Below, one piece after another: positions 10,808 through 20,567 of a stretch of 64,000 nucleotides of DNA. The stretch is from Limnochordia bacterium (GTDB taxonomy: Bacteria; Bacillota; Limnochordia; DTU080), in assembly GCA_050951545.1 (NCBI GenBank), contig JBMNJG010000001.1, forward strand, positions 1 to 64,000, in the 5' to 3' direction. The notes beneath the pieces are model-generated. The model was given only the letters and a program-made list of their open reading frames with translations. It had not been told where the DNA came from and searched no databases. The number at the start of each line of letters is the position of its first letter. Positions within the stretch are counted from its first letter, which is position 1. The position numbers and the translations under genes are program-made.

Positions 10808-10993
10808 CATGAATCTGATCGAGTAGACGACGAGATCGGTTGCGGCCCTCTAGCCAAGCCGCAACCGATCAACACGGGCAAAGAATCACTCATCCAAAAC
10901 CCGAACCGGGGCTATCGCCCAAAGTCGTCAGTGAGTTCGGAGGTGACATTCGTTCAGCAACTGCCAAGGTTTGCGAAACACGGGTTTTGTAGA

Positions 10994-12283
10994 CTACCTT
11001 GATTGATCTCGTACGACCGCGTTGGCAATGCGCTCGGCCCCTTCAAGGGCGGCCGATATCGCCAAACGTTCTTGTACAGCCTCAACTAGATAGTTGCCTG
11101 CTTCGACTCGGAACTTGGGGAACAACACATGGCAGGCACCAAAGGGTGACAGTGGCGGAACCATCACGCTCATCGCCTCCTTGACAAAGGGACGGCTCAA
11201 CAGGTCGGCATCGCGGATAAGCGATGTGCGAGGAGGGAGTTCCAGTCCGTGAGCCATAAGTGCCCCCTTCATTGACCCAGGATTCGTGAGCACCTCAAGA
11301 GCCCGCCATGCTTCGTCAGGGTTTTGGCTCGTCGAGTTTATCATGAAGGCACTGCCGATGTAATGAACCGATTGTTGGCCAACCGTAGGACCAACGTAGC
11401 GGCGAACCTGGACCCGATTCTCGGCTAGATCCATTCCTCGGCAGGCATCAGCCCACGAGGGATGCCCGAGAGATACCCAATGCATCACACCGACGTTACC
11501 TCTCATGAAGTCAGTGACGGTGCGATTCCGTCTGTCTGGCACCCCGGCTCGATAGAGTTCGACCATGTACTCCAGGACGCGACGCCCCTGGGGTGTATTC
11601 ACAAACACCTCCTTGCCGTCAGGTTCGATGGCGGTTGCCCCAAGCTGCTCTAGAAGCATCTGAAAGCGAATGAAAGCATCCGCGCCTGAGGTGAAATTGC
11701 CACCAAGACCAGCAACCTCCGCGACATTGTCACTGCTCACGCGGTTCAAGTGGCGGACAGCTTGGATCATGTCATCCCAGGTTTCCGGGAGTTGCGTACC
11801 AGTGGTTTCAAAGAGATTCAGATTGTAGGCGTCGGCAAGAGGCCGCACCATAAACGGAATGCCGTACAACTGGCCGTCAAAAGTGAGGTCGCGAATCAGA
11901 TCGGGCAAAAAATCCTTCTTCTCGCTAGCCCGGAAGTATCTATCTAGCGGTAGGGCCAGTCCGTTGCTGACGTACATGGAGAGCACGTTGGTACCTTCAT
12001 TGAAGATGTCCGGTCCGACGCTGGCCGCCGATGCGACGATCACTTTGTCTCGCATCGCCGACACACTACCTTGGCTCAGAATCTCCAGCTCAATCTTGGG
12101 ATTAGCGCGGTTGAACTCATCTTGAAACCGCCCAAACCATGCCAGGGTTTCGTTGGTGTGGGAGCCAACCCACACAGATATCTTCGTTCGACCTATCGAC
12201 GGGAGTGCAAAGAACCCGAGCATGAGGAGTGTAAACACGACAATCGGCAGATGATTAAGAAGATAACCCTTGCTTCGGCACAC
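10994..12283 (-). CDS. ABC transporter sugar-binding protein
   Basis: Signal peptide, VGPDIF, DGQLYGIP, PETWDDM motifs; start approximate. Confidence 0.85.
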   Translation of the reverse strand: MCRSKGYLLNHLPIVVFTLLMLGFFALPSIGRTKISVWVGSHTNETLAWFGRFQDEFNRANPKIELEILSQGSVSAMRDKVIVASAASVGPDIFNEGTNVLSMYVSNGLALPLDRYFRASEKKDFLPDLIRDLTFDGQLYGIPFMVRPLADAYNLNLFETTGTQLPETWDDMIQAVRHLNRVSSDNVAEVAGLGGNFTSGADAFIRFQMLLEQLGATAIEPDGKEVFVNTPQGRRVLEYMVELYRAGVPDRRNRTVTDFMRGNVGVMHWVSLGHPSWADACRGMDLAENRVQVRRYVGPTVGQQSVHYIGSAFMINSTSQNPDEAWRALEVLTNPGSMKGALMAHGLELPPRTSLIRDADLLSRPFVKEAMSVMVPPLSPFGACHVLFPKFRVEAGNYLVEAVQERLAISAALEGAERIANAVVRDQSR

Positions 12284-12569
12284 TGGCCATTCCCCCCAAA
12301 GAGTCAATATACTCCTGTATTGTAGAGGACTCTGCAACGCCTTTCGGCGGGCTAAAGACCTCATTCATGGAGTCTGCATCTGGCACCCGCGTCCAGAACC
12401 TTAAGTTTGTCGCACCTACTGTGGAACAGCGGGTCTATGTCATTGGGGTCTCGCTTCGACACACTTGTTCATTATCCTTCCCGAAACCCGGAAGTTTCCG
12501 ACCACTGCTGACTAGGGGATCAGGTATGGTTTTGGTGACACACACCAAGCGGCGGGGACTAGAAGGGGC

Positions 12570-12598
12570 TTGCTTTGGGCTGCGCTACAGGATATGCT
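12570..12598 (+). promoter_or_regulatory. sigma-A-type promoter of hyd maturation operon leader
   Basis: TTGCTT-N17-TATGCT. Confidence 0.45.
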
Positions 12599-12804
12599 AC
12601 CGCATAGGAGATCGTGGTCACGGTCCTTTGCGTGTCGTGGCCTCGGCAAAATTCATATGGCAGAAGAACGGGTGTACACAGTCTGACGCGGGGCTACGGC
12701 CAGTGAAGGGAAGTGTGCGGCCCGGGGCTTTTGCCCTGACCCAAGGGTACGTCCTGACGGGGAGGGGACAGGCAGCTGACTGGCTCTGCAAGGCTGGCTG
12801 TGTT

Positions 12805-12837
12805 CCGGCGCGACGTATCACGTTGCGTCGGTTTTTT
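12805..12837 (+). terminator. intrinsic terminator within 5' leader of TM1266-hydEGF
   Basis: CCGGCGCGACG-TATCA-CGTTGCGTCGG followed by TTTTTT. Confidence 0.75.
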
Positions 12838-12903
12838 GTGTCCATCAAAACCGAGCCGTGCTGGCTATACCTGGCACGAGCATACCACAGGAGGCAGCAA
12901 ACA

Positions 12904-13194
12904 ATGGCTGATAGCACAGAACAAACCAAGGAACGGCGCTTGGGTGTGATTGGGATCGTCGTCTGCGACAGGGAGCATACGGCAGCCAGAGTGAATCAGG
13001 TGCTTTCAGATCATGCGGAGATCATCGTAGGTCGCATGGGTATCCCCTACCGGGAAGAGGAGCTCGGGGTTATCAGTCTGATCGTCGATGGCAGTACAGA
13101 TGCGGTGGGGGCCCTGAGCGGTCGTCTGGGCGCCATCCGTGGCGTGCATGTGAAGAGTGCTCTGACTACAGTGCGGGTGCGACATGAGCACTGA
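12904..13194 (+). CDS. TM1266 family iron-only hydrogenase system putative regulator
   Basis: AGGAGG RBS; RLGVIGIVV..VNQVLSD..IVGRMGIPY..ALSGRLGAIRGVHVKS; directly upstream of hydE. Confidence 0.88.
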   Translation: MADSTEQTKERRLGVIGIVVCDREHTAARVNQVLSDHAEIIVGRMGIPYREEELGVISLIVDGSTDAVGALSGRLGAIRGVHVKSALTTVRVRHEH

Positions 13195-14260
13195 TGTGTC
13201 GCTGATCTCCTTCGAGACGGCTCTGGCGGCGGCTAGGTCGGGCCAGGCAGCCCCTGCGGATATTCGGCGCCTGCTCTTGGCGACTGGCGACGAGGTGCCA
13301 GCGTTGTACCAGGCAGCCGATGCCACGCGTCAGGCCACGGTTGGTGATGCAGTTCACTTGCGGGCTATCATTGAGTTCTCTAGCTATTGCCATCGCAACT
13401 GCAGCTACTGTGGCCTGCGAGCAGGTAACAAGCAGTTGGCTCGCTACCGGCTGAGTTCTGAAGCGATCGTGGCTGCTGCACAGGAGGCGGACCAGCTAGG
13501 CTACCGGACAGTCGTGTTGCAGTCGGGTGAAGATCCCACCTATACCGTAGACATGCTCTGCGACGTTGTTCGGCAGATTCGACAGCACACTCGCTTGGCG
13601 GTCACCCTTTCCGTGGGTGAGCGTCCGGCAGATGAATATGCTCGCATGATGCAGGCGGGTGGGCAGCGCTACCTGCTGAAGCACGAGACTGCAGATGCGC
13701 AGCTGTATGCTCGCCTACATCCGGGCCATCTGCTGTCTGATCGTCTGGCTGCGCTGCAGTCACTGCGAGAGTTGGGGTTTCAGGTCGGATCAGGGTTCAT
13801 GGTAGGCCTACCCGGGCAGAGTGTGGACACGCTCGTGGCGGACCTCCTGCTATTGCAGCAGATGGATGTGGAGATGGCAGGCATCGGGCCGTTTATCGCG
13901 CATCCGGATACCCCTTTAGGTAAGGCTGAGTCCGGTGGCGCGGAGATGACGCTGAAGTGTGTCGCGGTGGCTCGGCTGCAGATGCCTCTCGCACATCTGC
14001 CAGCAACCACGGCTATTGGTACTATCGATGCGCGTGGGTGGTCAGCCGCCTTGCAGGCCGGGGCCAATGTGGTGATGCCTAACCTGACACCGAAAGAGTA
14101 CCGATCATCGTATGCGATCTACCCAGGCAAGGGTCGTAGTCTCCAAGAGCCTAGGCAGCAGCGCATGGACGTGATCCGGATGGTGACAGCGCTGGGGCGC
14201 ACGGTAGCCCAAGACGCTGGTCATTCTCCGAAGCCTGGCCCTTGGAACAGGAGCCAGTAA
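13184..14260 (+). CDS. hydE: [FeFe]-hydrogenase maturase HydE (radical SAM)
   Basis: CHRNCSYC, VLQSGED, YLLKHET, GIGPFIAHPDTPL, GANVVMPN, YAIYPGK. Confidence 0.93.
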   Translation: MSTDVSLISFETALAAARSGQAAPADIRRLLLATGDEVPALYQAADATRQATVGDAVHLRAIIEFSSYCHRNCSYCGLRAGNKQLARYRLSSEAIVAAAQEADQLGYRTVVLQSGEDPTYTVDMLCDVVRQIRQHTRLAVTLSVGERPADEYARMMQAGGQRYLLKHETADAQLYARLHPGHLLSDRLAALQSLRELGFQVGSGFMVGLPGQSVDTLVADLLLLQQMDVEMAGIGPFIAHPDTPLGKAESGGAEMTLKCVAVARLQMPLAHLPATTAIGTIDARGWSAALQAGANVVMPNLTPKEYRSSYAIYPGKGRSLQEPRQQRMDVIRMVTALGRTVAQDAGHSPKPGPWNRSQ

Positions 14261-14279
14261 CGAAAGGAAGTGTCGTTTG

Positions 14280-15728
14280 ATGCCTATCGATCGCCAAGAG
14301 TGGGAGGCAGCAACCTTTATCGATGAAGCGCGCATCTGCCGCGATCTGTCACAAGCTCGGCAGGCAGATTCTGCGGAGGTGGCCCAGATTCTCCGCAAAG
14401 CTGAACGGGCCGAGGGCCTGTCGCCCTATGAAACAGCTGTCCTGTTGCAGACAGAGGACAGCGAACAAATGGAAGCCATGTATTCTGTTGCCCGTCAAGT
14501 CAAAGAACGCATCTACGGCCGGCGCATTGTTCTTTTTGCACCGCTGTATGTCAGTAACTACTGCGTGAATGCGTGTACCTATTGTGGCTATAGCTGTCGC
14601 CATCAGTTGCATCGACGCAGACTCAGTCAGGAGGAACTAGCAGATGAGGCGCGTCTGCTACAGGCCATGGGCCACAAACGCCTGGCCTTGGAGGCGGGGG
14701 AGGACCCAGCCAATTGTCCCATCGAATACGTGCTGGAATGCATGAAGACCATCTATGCCACGGTCGGCGGACCCGCGGGCAGCGAGCACCTTTCTGACAG
14801 TATTCGCCGGATCAACGTCAACATCGCGGCCACCACCGTCGATGAGTACCGCCAGCTCAAGCGGGCGGGCCTGGGCACCTATATATTGTTTCAGGAGACC
14901 TACCACCGAGAGACCTATCGTCAGATGCACCCGTCTGGACCGAAATCCGATTACGATTGGCACACCACGGCAATGGACCGCGCCATGCAGGCAGGCATTG
15001 ACGATGTCGGTTGCGGTGTGCTGCTGGGTCTGTATGACTTCCGCTTTGAGGTGCTGGGGCTTCTGTATCATGCACGGCATCTGGAGGAACGTTTCGGAGT
15101 GGGCCCGCACACTGTTTCGGTGCCTCGGTTGCGTCCGGCAACAGGTATTGACCTACCGGCATTCCCCCACGTTCTTTCTGATGAAGACTTCCGTCGAGTG
15201 GTGGCGGTACTGCGGCTAGCCATTCCCTATACGGGCATCATTTTGTCTACTCGCGAGCGACCGGGCTTCCGTGATGAGGTTATCGGGCTTGGGGTTTCGC
15301 AGATCAGTGCTGGATCGTGTACAGGAGTGGGTGGTTACCGGCAGGAATTCGAGCACGAGAAAAACGGTACGCCCATCGAGACGGCGCAATTCGACGTAGA
15401 CGACCACCGTGCTCCAGATGAGATCATCCGCATGCTTTGCGGTGCTGGTTACATCCCGAGCTACTGCACAGCCTGCTACCGGCAGGGCCGGACTGGAGAT
15501 CGCTTCATGCAGTTGGCAAAAACGGGCCAGATCCAGAATGTCTGCCAACCCAATGCCCTGTTGACACTGCAGGAGTATGCCTTGGACTACGCCGACGCCG
15601 AGACGCGTCTGCAGATTGAACGGGTTATTGCCCGCGAGCTCGAGACGATACCAGATCCAAAGGTGCGTACCGAGACTCAAGAGCGTCTGACGCGACTGAC
15701 GCAGGGCGAGCGAGATCTGTACTTCTGA
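14280..15728 (+). CDS. hydG: [FeFe]-hydrogenase maturase HydG (radical SAM)
   Basis: FAPLYVSNYCVNACTYC, LFQETYH, SYCTACYR...CQPNA second cluster, GERDLYF end. Confidence 0.95.
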   Translation: MPIDRQEWEAATFIDEARICRDLSQARQADSAEVAQILRKAERAEGLSPYETAVLLQTEDSEQMEAMYSVARQVKERIYGRRIVLFAPLYVSNYCVNACTYCGYSCRHQLHRRRLSQEELADEARLLQAMGHKRLALEAGEDPANCPIEYVLECMKTIYATVGGPAGSEHLSDSIRRINVNIAATTVDEYRQLKRAGLGTYILFQETYHRETYRQMHPSGPKSDYDWHTTAMDRAMQAGIDDVGCGVLLGLYDFRFEVLGLLYHARHLEERFGVGPHTVSVPRLRPATGIDLPAFPHVLSDEDFRRVVAVLRLAIPYTGIILSTRERPGFRDEVIGLGVSQISAGSCTGVGGYRQEFEHEKNGTPIETAQFDVDDHRAPDEIIRMLCGAGYIPSYCTACYRQGRTGDRFMQLAKTGQIQNVCQPNALLTLQEYALDYADAETRLQIERVIARELETIPDPKVRTETQERLTRLTQGERDLYF

Positions 15729-15749
15729 GTCTAGGGGAGGCTTCAGCAC

Positions 15750-17009
15750 ATGCAGAGCACGCCACGTAGTCATCGCATTCATATTACGCTGGTTGGACGA
15801 CGCAACTGTGGCAAGTCGAGTTTGCTCAATGCTTTGACGGGGCAAGACGTGGCCCTAGTCTCGGAGGTGCCCGGCACCACTACTGACCCGGTGTACAAGG
15901 CAGCCGAGTTTCCCCCCCTGGGGCCCGTGGTATGGGTGGACACGGCTGGCTTAGACGATGAGGGGGCTTTGGGCAAGCAGCGAGTAGACCGCACATGGAA
16001 GGCTATCGAGCGCTCGGACATGGTGCTGTTGGTAGTCGATGCGTCCATCGGTGCACTGGAGGAGGATCCATGGTTGGGGGATCTGCTTACGCAGCTGCGT
16101 GAAAGTCGGATTCCGTGCCTGGTGGTCGAGACAAAAGCGGATCTGCTGAGTGATGCGAGTGGCTACGGGCTGCAAGAGGAGCTGCCGGGTGGTGTGATGC
16201 GGGCGCGGGTCAGCGCTCGCACTGGGGCTGGCCTGGGTGTCTTGAAGGAGGCAATTGCCCAGGTTGCCCCGCCGCCGTCGCACCCTGATACTATCGTGGG
16301 CGATCTCATTACACCGGGAGACACGGTGGTCTTGGTCGTTCATCTTGATGCGGAAGCGCCACAGGGCCGCCTGATCTTGCCTCAGGTGCAGGTGTTGCGT
16401 GATCTGCTAGATCATCAAGCCCAAGCTCTCGTAGTGCAAGACCAGCACTTGGCCCATGCGTTAGCCCTGCTCAAGCAGCCGCCACGGCTAGTCATCACGG
16501 ACTCGCAGGTTTTCGGCAAGGTCGCTAGTGTGGTGCCGTCTGATGTACCACTGACCTCGTTCTCTATTCTTTTCGCCCGCTACAAGGGTGATCTGAAAAC
16601 GTTAGTCGCTGGCGTAGAGCACGTGGCGCAGCTGCGTCCCGGCGATCCGGTACTTATCGCCGAAGCATGTACGCACCGACCTGTGGCAGAAGACATCGGC
16701 CGGGTCAAGATACCGCAGTTGCTGACTCGCCATCTGGGGGACTCACCGGACTTCACGTGGTGCAATGGCAACGACTTTCCGCCTGATCTGAATCGTTACA
16801 GGCTGGTGATCCACTGTGGTGGCTGCATGATCCAGGCCACCGAAATGCGCCGTCGTCTCAGAGCTTTAGCAGCTGGGGGAGTACCCGTCGTCAATTACGG
16901 CGTGCTTTTGTCCTACCTGCAGGGCGTGTTACCGAGAGCCTTGTCACCATTCAGCCTGGTGCAGCCTGGAGCAGCGATTGTTGGGAAGGGAATAGCCGCT
17001 GACTCCTGA
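15750..17009 (+). CDS. hydF: [FeFe]-hydrogenase maturation GTPase HydF
   Basis: GRRNCGKS, GTTTDPV, DTAG, EACTH...HCGGCM. Confidence 0.95.
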   Translation: MQSTPRSHRIHITLVGRRNCGKSSLLNALTGQDVALVSEVPGTTTDPVYKAAEFPPLGPVVWVDTAGLDDEGALGKQRVDRTWKAIERSDMVLLVVDASIGALEEDPWLGDLLTQLRESRIPCLVVETKADLLSDASGYGLQEELPGGVMRARVSARTGAGLGVLKEAIAQVAPPPSHPDTIVGDLITPGDTVVLVVHLDAEAPQGRLILPQVQVLRDLLDHQAQALVVQDQHLAHALALLKQPPRLVITDSQVFGKVASVVPSDVPLTSFSILFARYKGDLKTLVAGVEHVAQLRPGDPVLIAEACTHRPVAEDIGRVKIPQLLTRHLGDSPDFTWCNGNDFPPDLNRYRLVIHCGGCMIQATEMRRRLRALAAGGVPVVNYGVLLSYLQGVLPRALSPFSLVQPGAAIVGKGIAADS

Positions 17010-17068
17010 ATCTGGTCGATGAAGGCTGAACTACACAGGAGACTGACACCTGGGTAGCATCGAGGAGG

Positions 17069-17971
17069 ATGGTCATGAAGAATGTGCGTGTGGCTACTGT
17101 ATCGTTTGGACGTGGCTCTGATCGAGAGGCGACAGTACAGAGGGCGCTCAATCTGGTAGAGAGAGCTGGCGAGGGTCGGCCTGATATCATTGTTCTTCCT
17201 GAGGCATGTGTGAATGACTGTGCAACTGCCGAGACAGTCCCGGGGCCGCTCAGCGATCTTTTCGCCGCTCAGGCCCAAAAGCATGGCTGCTATGTTATCC
17301 TTCCCCTTATCAGAAGAGAGGACGATGGCACGCTCTACAACGTAGCCGTACTATTGGATCCTGCGGGGAAGGTGGCAGGCGAGTACAAGAAGATGTTTCC
17401 TACGGACGGCGAGATACGGGATGGCATCATACCCGGCGAGACCACTCCGGTTTTTGACACACCCTTTGGGCGTATCGGCATGTCCATCTGCTTTGACCTC
17501 AATTTCCCTGAGGTTATCCAGGGCTTGTCTGCCCAAGGCGCGGAATTGGTGTTCTTCCTATCAGCTTACGAGGGCGGTCGCCAGCTGCAGCGTTGGGCTC
17601 TGGACTATGGAGTGTATATGGTCTCATCCCATCGGGGTGGGGTCGGTATCTTTGTTGATAAGACTGGTCATGTGCTTCAGAAGGGCGACCCGAACTACCA
17701 CCCAATCGTGGTCCGCGATCTGAATATGGATCGTTACATTTTCCATCTGGACAACAACTGGAAGAAGTTCCAGGCCATGATCGCCAAGTATGGATCAGCC
17801 ATCCATATCGATGTCTGCCGGCCCGAAGCCTTTTTCGCCCTAGAGTCACGGTCACCTGAGGTAAGCGTGGCCGATCTGGCACGCGAGTTTGAGTTAGAGA
17901 CTTTCAAGGAATACATGCAGCGCTCCAGAGAGTGCCGGGCGGCAGCTCTCAATAGGAGGCCGACAACATGA
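17069..17971 (+). CDS. carbon-nitrogen hydrolase family protein
   Basis: E-K-C triad: LPE, YKKMF, ICFDLNFPE. Confidence 0.88.
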   Translation: MVMKNVRVATVSFGRGSDREATVQRALNLVERAGEGRPDIIVLPEACVNDCATAETVPGPLSDLFAAQAQKHGCYVILPLIRREDDGTLYNVAVLLDPAGKVAGEYKKMFPTDGEIRDGIIPGETTPVFDTPFGRIGMSICFDLNFPEVIQGLSAQGAELVFFLSAYEGGRQLQRWALDYGVYMVSSHRGGVGIFVDKTGHVLQKGDPNYHPIVVRDLNMDRYIFHLDNNWKKFQAMIAKYGSAIHIDVCRPEAFFALESRSPEVSVADLAREFELETFKEYMQRSRECRAAALNRRPTT

Positions 17972-18630
17972 ATCGCCTGTCTGTGATGATCATCGTAGGC
18001 ATGGTCTTTGGTGTCTTCATGGCCTGGGCGATAGTGGCTCACGCGCAAGAGGAGATACCCGTCTTCAACGGGAGTTTCGAAGTGCTGCCAGAAGGTGTAC
18101 AGCCCGAAGAGGCCTTAGGCAAGATGCCCTATGGCTGGTCAGCATCGCCCGGATCGTTGGAAGTGACTCAGGCCGTGCTATCGGATGAGAAAGCGTATGA
18201 GGGGAAGTACTCTCTCAAGATCAGTGTCAGTGAGCCAGCCACGATCCTCACCGCTAGTCGGCCGATTCCGATTGAGCCAGGCCAGACCTATGCGGCCATG
18301 TGGCGCATCTACAATGTGCGCGATTTGCCCGTCTACGCCAATCAGCTACATGTTTATATGGAATTCTGGGGCTCCGATGGCGGATGGTGGGGTGATACGG
18401 ACCACTGGTCGCGAGAGAGTTGGGAGGCTCAACGTCGAGGTAGTTGGTCGACGAGCAAACGCTTGTCTACTACTTGGACGACATCGCGGGAATTCGATCA
18501 GTGGGAGGATGTACTGGTCATCGCTCAGGCTCCCGAGAACGCTACGCATGTGACTCTATCGCTGTGGGTGCCTCGGAAAACCCTCATCAGCTACGTCGAT
18601 GATATTCAGTTTGGACTGCTTGACGAGTAG
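17968..18630 (+). CDS. secreted protein with CBM4/9-like jelly-roll domain
   Basis: Signal peptide AHA; NGSFE, AYEGKYSLK, APENAT, YVDDIQF pattern. Confidence 0.6.
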   Translation: MNRLSVMIIVGMVFGVFMAWAIVAHAQEEIPVFNGSFEVLPEGVQPEEALGKMPYGWSASPGSLEVTQAVLSDEKAYEGKYSLKISVSEPATILTASRPIPIEPGQTYAAMWRIYNVRDLPVYANQLHVYMEFWGSDGGWWGDTDHWSRESWEAQRRGSWSTSKRLSTTWTTSREFDQWEDVLVIAQAPENATHVTLSLWVPRKTLISYVDDIQFGLLDE

Positions 18631-18644
18631 AAGGGGAGGCTACA

Positions 18645-20567
18645 GTGATGCGGCGATTCATGGTGCTTATCTGCACGTTTCTCGTCACGGGCGCGGCACA
18701 CGCTGCTGAGCCAGAGAAGGTGGTCTCCTTCACGGACCATGGCGCACCCACCAGAGTGGCCGAACGTCGCGGGGTACTTACTGCCTACGATGCAGATAAC
18801 AGCCCACTGGTTGTGGCGTTGGCCCAAGACAACTACGGCAGCGGCACACGTACTAGCGTGCTGCTGATAAACACTGTCACTGGTAAGAGCGAACAGCACT
18901 GGTATCCGAATAAGTACACCCCGAGCGGAGATCCTTTCTCCTTGCTTATCTCCACCACCAACAAGCTGTATTTCACACCCGGAAATACGCTCGTTGAATT
19001 CGACATCGCCACTCGCCAATGGACCTTTTCAGCGAGTCTTCCTGGCACAGCGATGTCATTTGGCGAAGCGCCTGATGGACGTGTTTTCGTGGCGACTTAT
19101 CCCACGTGTGAGTTGCTCTCTTTTGACCCGGCTACTCGTCGGGTTACACACGAGGTGCGTCTGGATCCGAAAGAGCAGTATCCCTACTCCATGGCGGTCG
19201 ACGACCAGGGTTGGGTCTACGTGGGTATCGGCACGGCTCGTAGCAACCTGGTCGCCTACAACGTGCATTCGCAGACTCTACGCCAGCTGGCCAGTGACAA
19301 CGAGCGCAAGACTGGGTATGGACACGTCATGACGGGTATTGATGGGGTGATCTATGGGACTGCTTCGGATGGCGGCACGTGGTATCAGCTGGCCGACGGT
19401 CAGCGAGCGAAGCCAGCCTACGTTCGCCCAAAGCCTATGCAAAACACGCTGCAGTGGGGTCAGATGGCCGAGCAGTGGCCTGATGGTACCCGTCTGCTAA
19501 GCTTGGATTTCCTGGAGAAGTGGGCGATTGTAGCCCCACCTGGGAAACTGGGCCGGCGTATCGATTTTGATTATGAGGCTGAAGGTGGCCGCATCACCGC
19601 CATAGTGGCCGGGCCAGACGGCAAGATATATGGAAATACCGCTCATCCCATGCGCTTTTTCGCCTACGATCCTGCAAGTGGCCAGATGGAGGATTGGGGG
19701 AGCGTGGGCGGTGTCGGGAACTTCCCTGAGTTCACGGTGCGCAGTGCAGAGGTGGTGGCCGGAGCCTACGCGAATGGCCTGCTTTACGCCATGGATACTC
19801 GCCGCCCCTGGAACAACGGCAAAGGGGCTGACCCGAACCCGCGCATCTTGGCCGATTACTCAGGACCAATCACCAGACCGCGGGCCATTGTCACGCATCC
19901 GGACGGCGATCATGTGATAGTAGCTGGTTTTGCAGGTTACGGCCTGACGGGTGGCGGCCTGGGCATCTACAACATGGCGACGAAGCGTTCTGAGCTGATC
20001 ACCCACGACAGGCTGCTTCCAGGTCACAGCACAATCGGCCTGAGGGCTCTACCCTCTGGTGATCTCGTCGGTGTGACCAGCGTGGAGGCCCCGGGTGGGG
20101 GCTATACCGTCGAGACGCAAGCCGAGCTGTACTTGTTTGACTGGGCGACACGCCAAGTCGTCTTCCGCATGAAACCCTTTGAGACGAAGGTGTTTGGCAC
20201 CACTGTGGCGGGGCCTCGAGAGATTGTGGGCCTGGAGGTGGCCCCAGACGGGTTGGTCTACGCGCTGGGGAAGGACGCTCACCTTGTGGTTTTTGACCCG
20301 GTGAGCAGGAAGACTGTGAAGCGGACCCGTCTCGCCACCTATGGCCAAGCTATGGGTAGGGGCTCCTTGTTTCTTGGCCCGGATGGCAGGGTCTATGTGA
20401 TGCTGCAAAAGGCGCTTCTGGCAGTGGACCCGGAGACCTTTGCTGCTGCCAAGTTGGCAGATCTGCCCGCGGCGGCTACCGCCACTCCTGCGCTGGTCGG
20501 TCATCGCCTTTATTTTGCGAGCGATACTCACCTGTGGAGCTGCGAAGTGAGCCCCACAGGTGAGTAG
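18645..20567 (+). CDS. secreted beta-propeller protein
   Basis: Signal peptide; repeated APDGRVF/GPDGKIY/APDGLVY blades. Confidence 0.7.
   Translation: MMRRFMVLICTFLVTGAAHAAEPEKVVSFTDHGAPTRVAERRGVLTAYDADNSPLVVALAQDNYGSGTRTSVLLINTVTGKSEQHWYPNKYTPSGDPFSLLISTTNKLYFTPGNTLVEFDIATRQWTFSASLPGTAMSFGEAPDGRVFVATYPTCELLSFDPATRRVTHEVRLDPKEQYPYSMAVDDQGWVYVGIGTARSNLVAYNVHSQTLRQLASDNERKTGYGHVMTGIDGVIYGTASDGGTWYQLADGQRAKPAYVRPKPMQNTLQWGQMAEQWPDGTRLLSLDFLEKWAIVAPPGKLGRRIDFDYEAEGGRITAIVAGPDGKIYGNTAHPMRFFAYDPASGQMEDWGSVGGVGNFPEFTVRSAEVVAGAYANGLLYAMDTRRPWNNGKGADPNPRILADYSGPITRPRAIVTHPDGDHVIVAGFAGYGLTGGGLGIYNMATKRSELITHDRLLPGHSTIGLRALPSGDLVGVTSVEAPGGGYTVETQAELYLFDWATRQVVFRMKPFETKVFGTTVAGPREIVGLEVAPDGLVYALGKDAHLVVFDPVSRKTVKRTRLATYGQAMGRGSLFLGPDGRVYVMLQKALLAVDPETFAAAKLADLPAAATATPALVGHRLYFASDTHLWSCEVSPTGE

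Noticed and set aside
12600-12840. 6S RNA or T-box riboswitch
   Set aside because: No GGTGGNACC T-box and no recognisable 6S conserved motifs; left as an unclassified leader
12367-12903. N-terminal ~180-aa extension of the 275-aa ORF
   Set aside because: TM1266 homology and an RBS start at 12904; the upstream part overlaps a promoter and terminator
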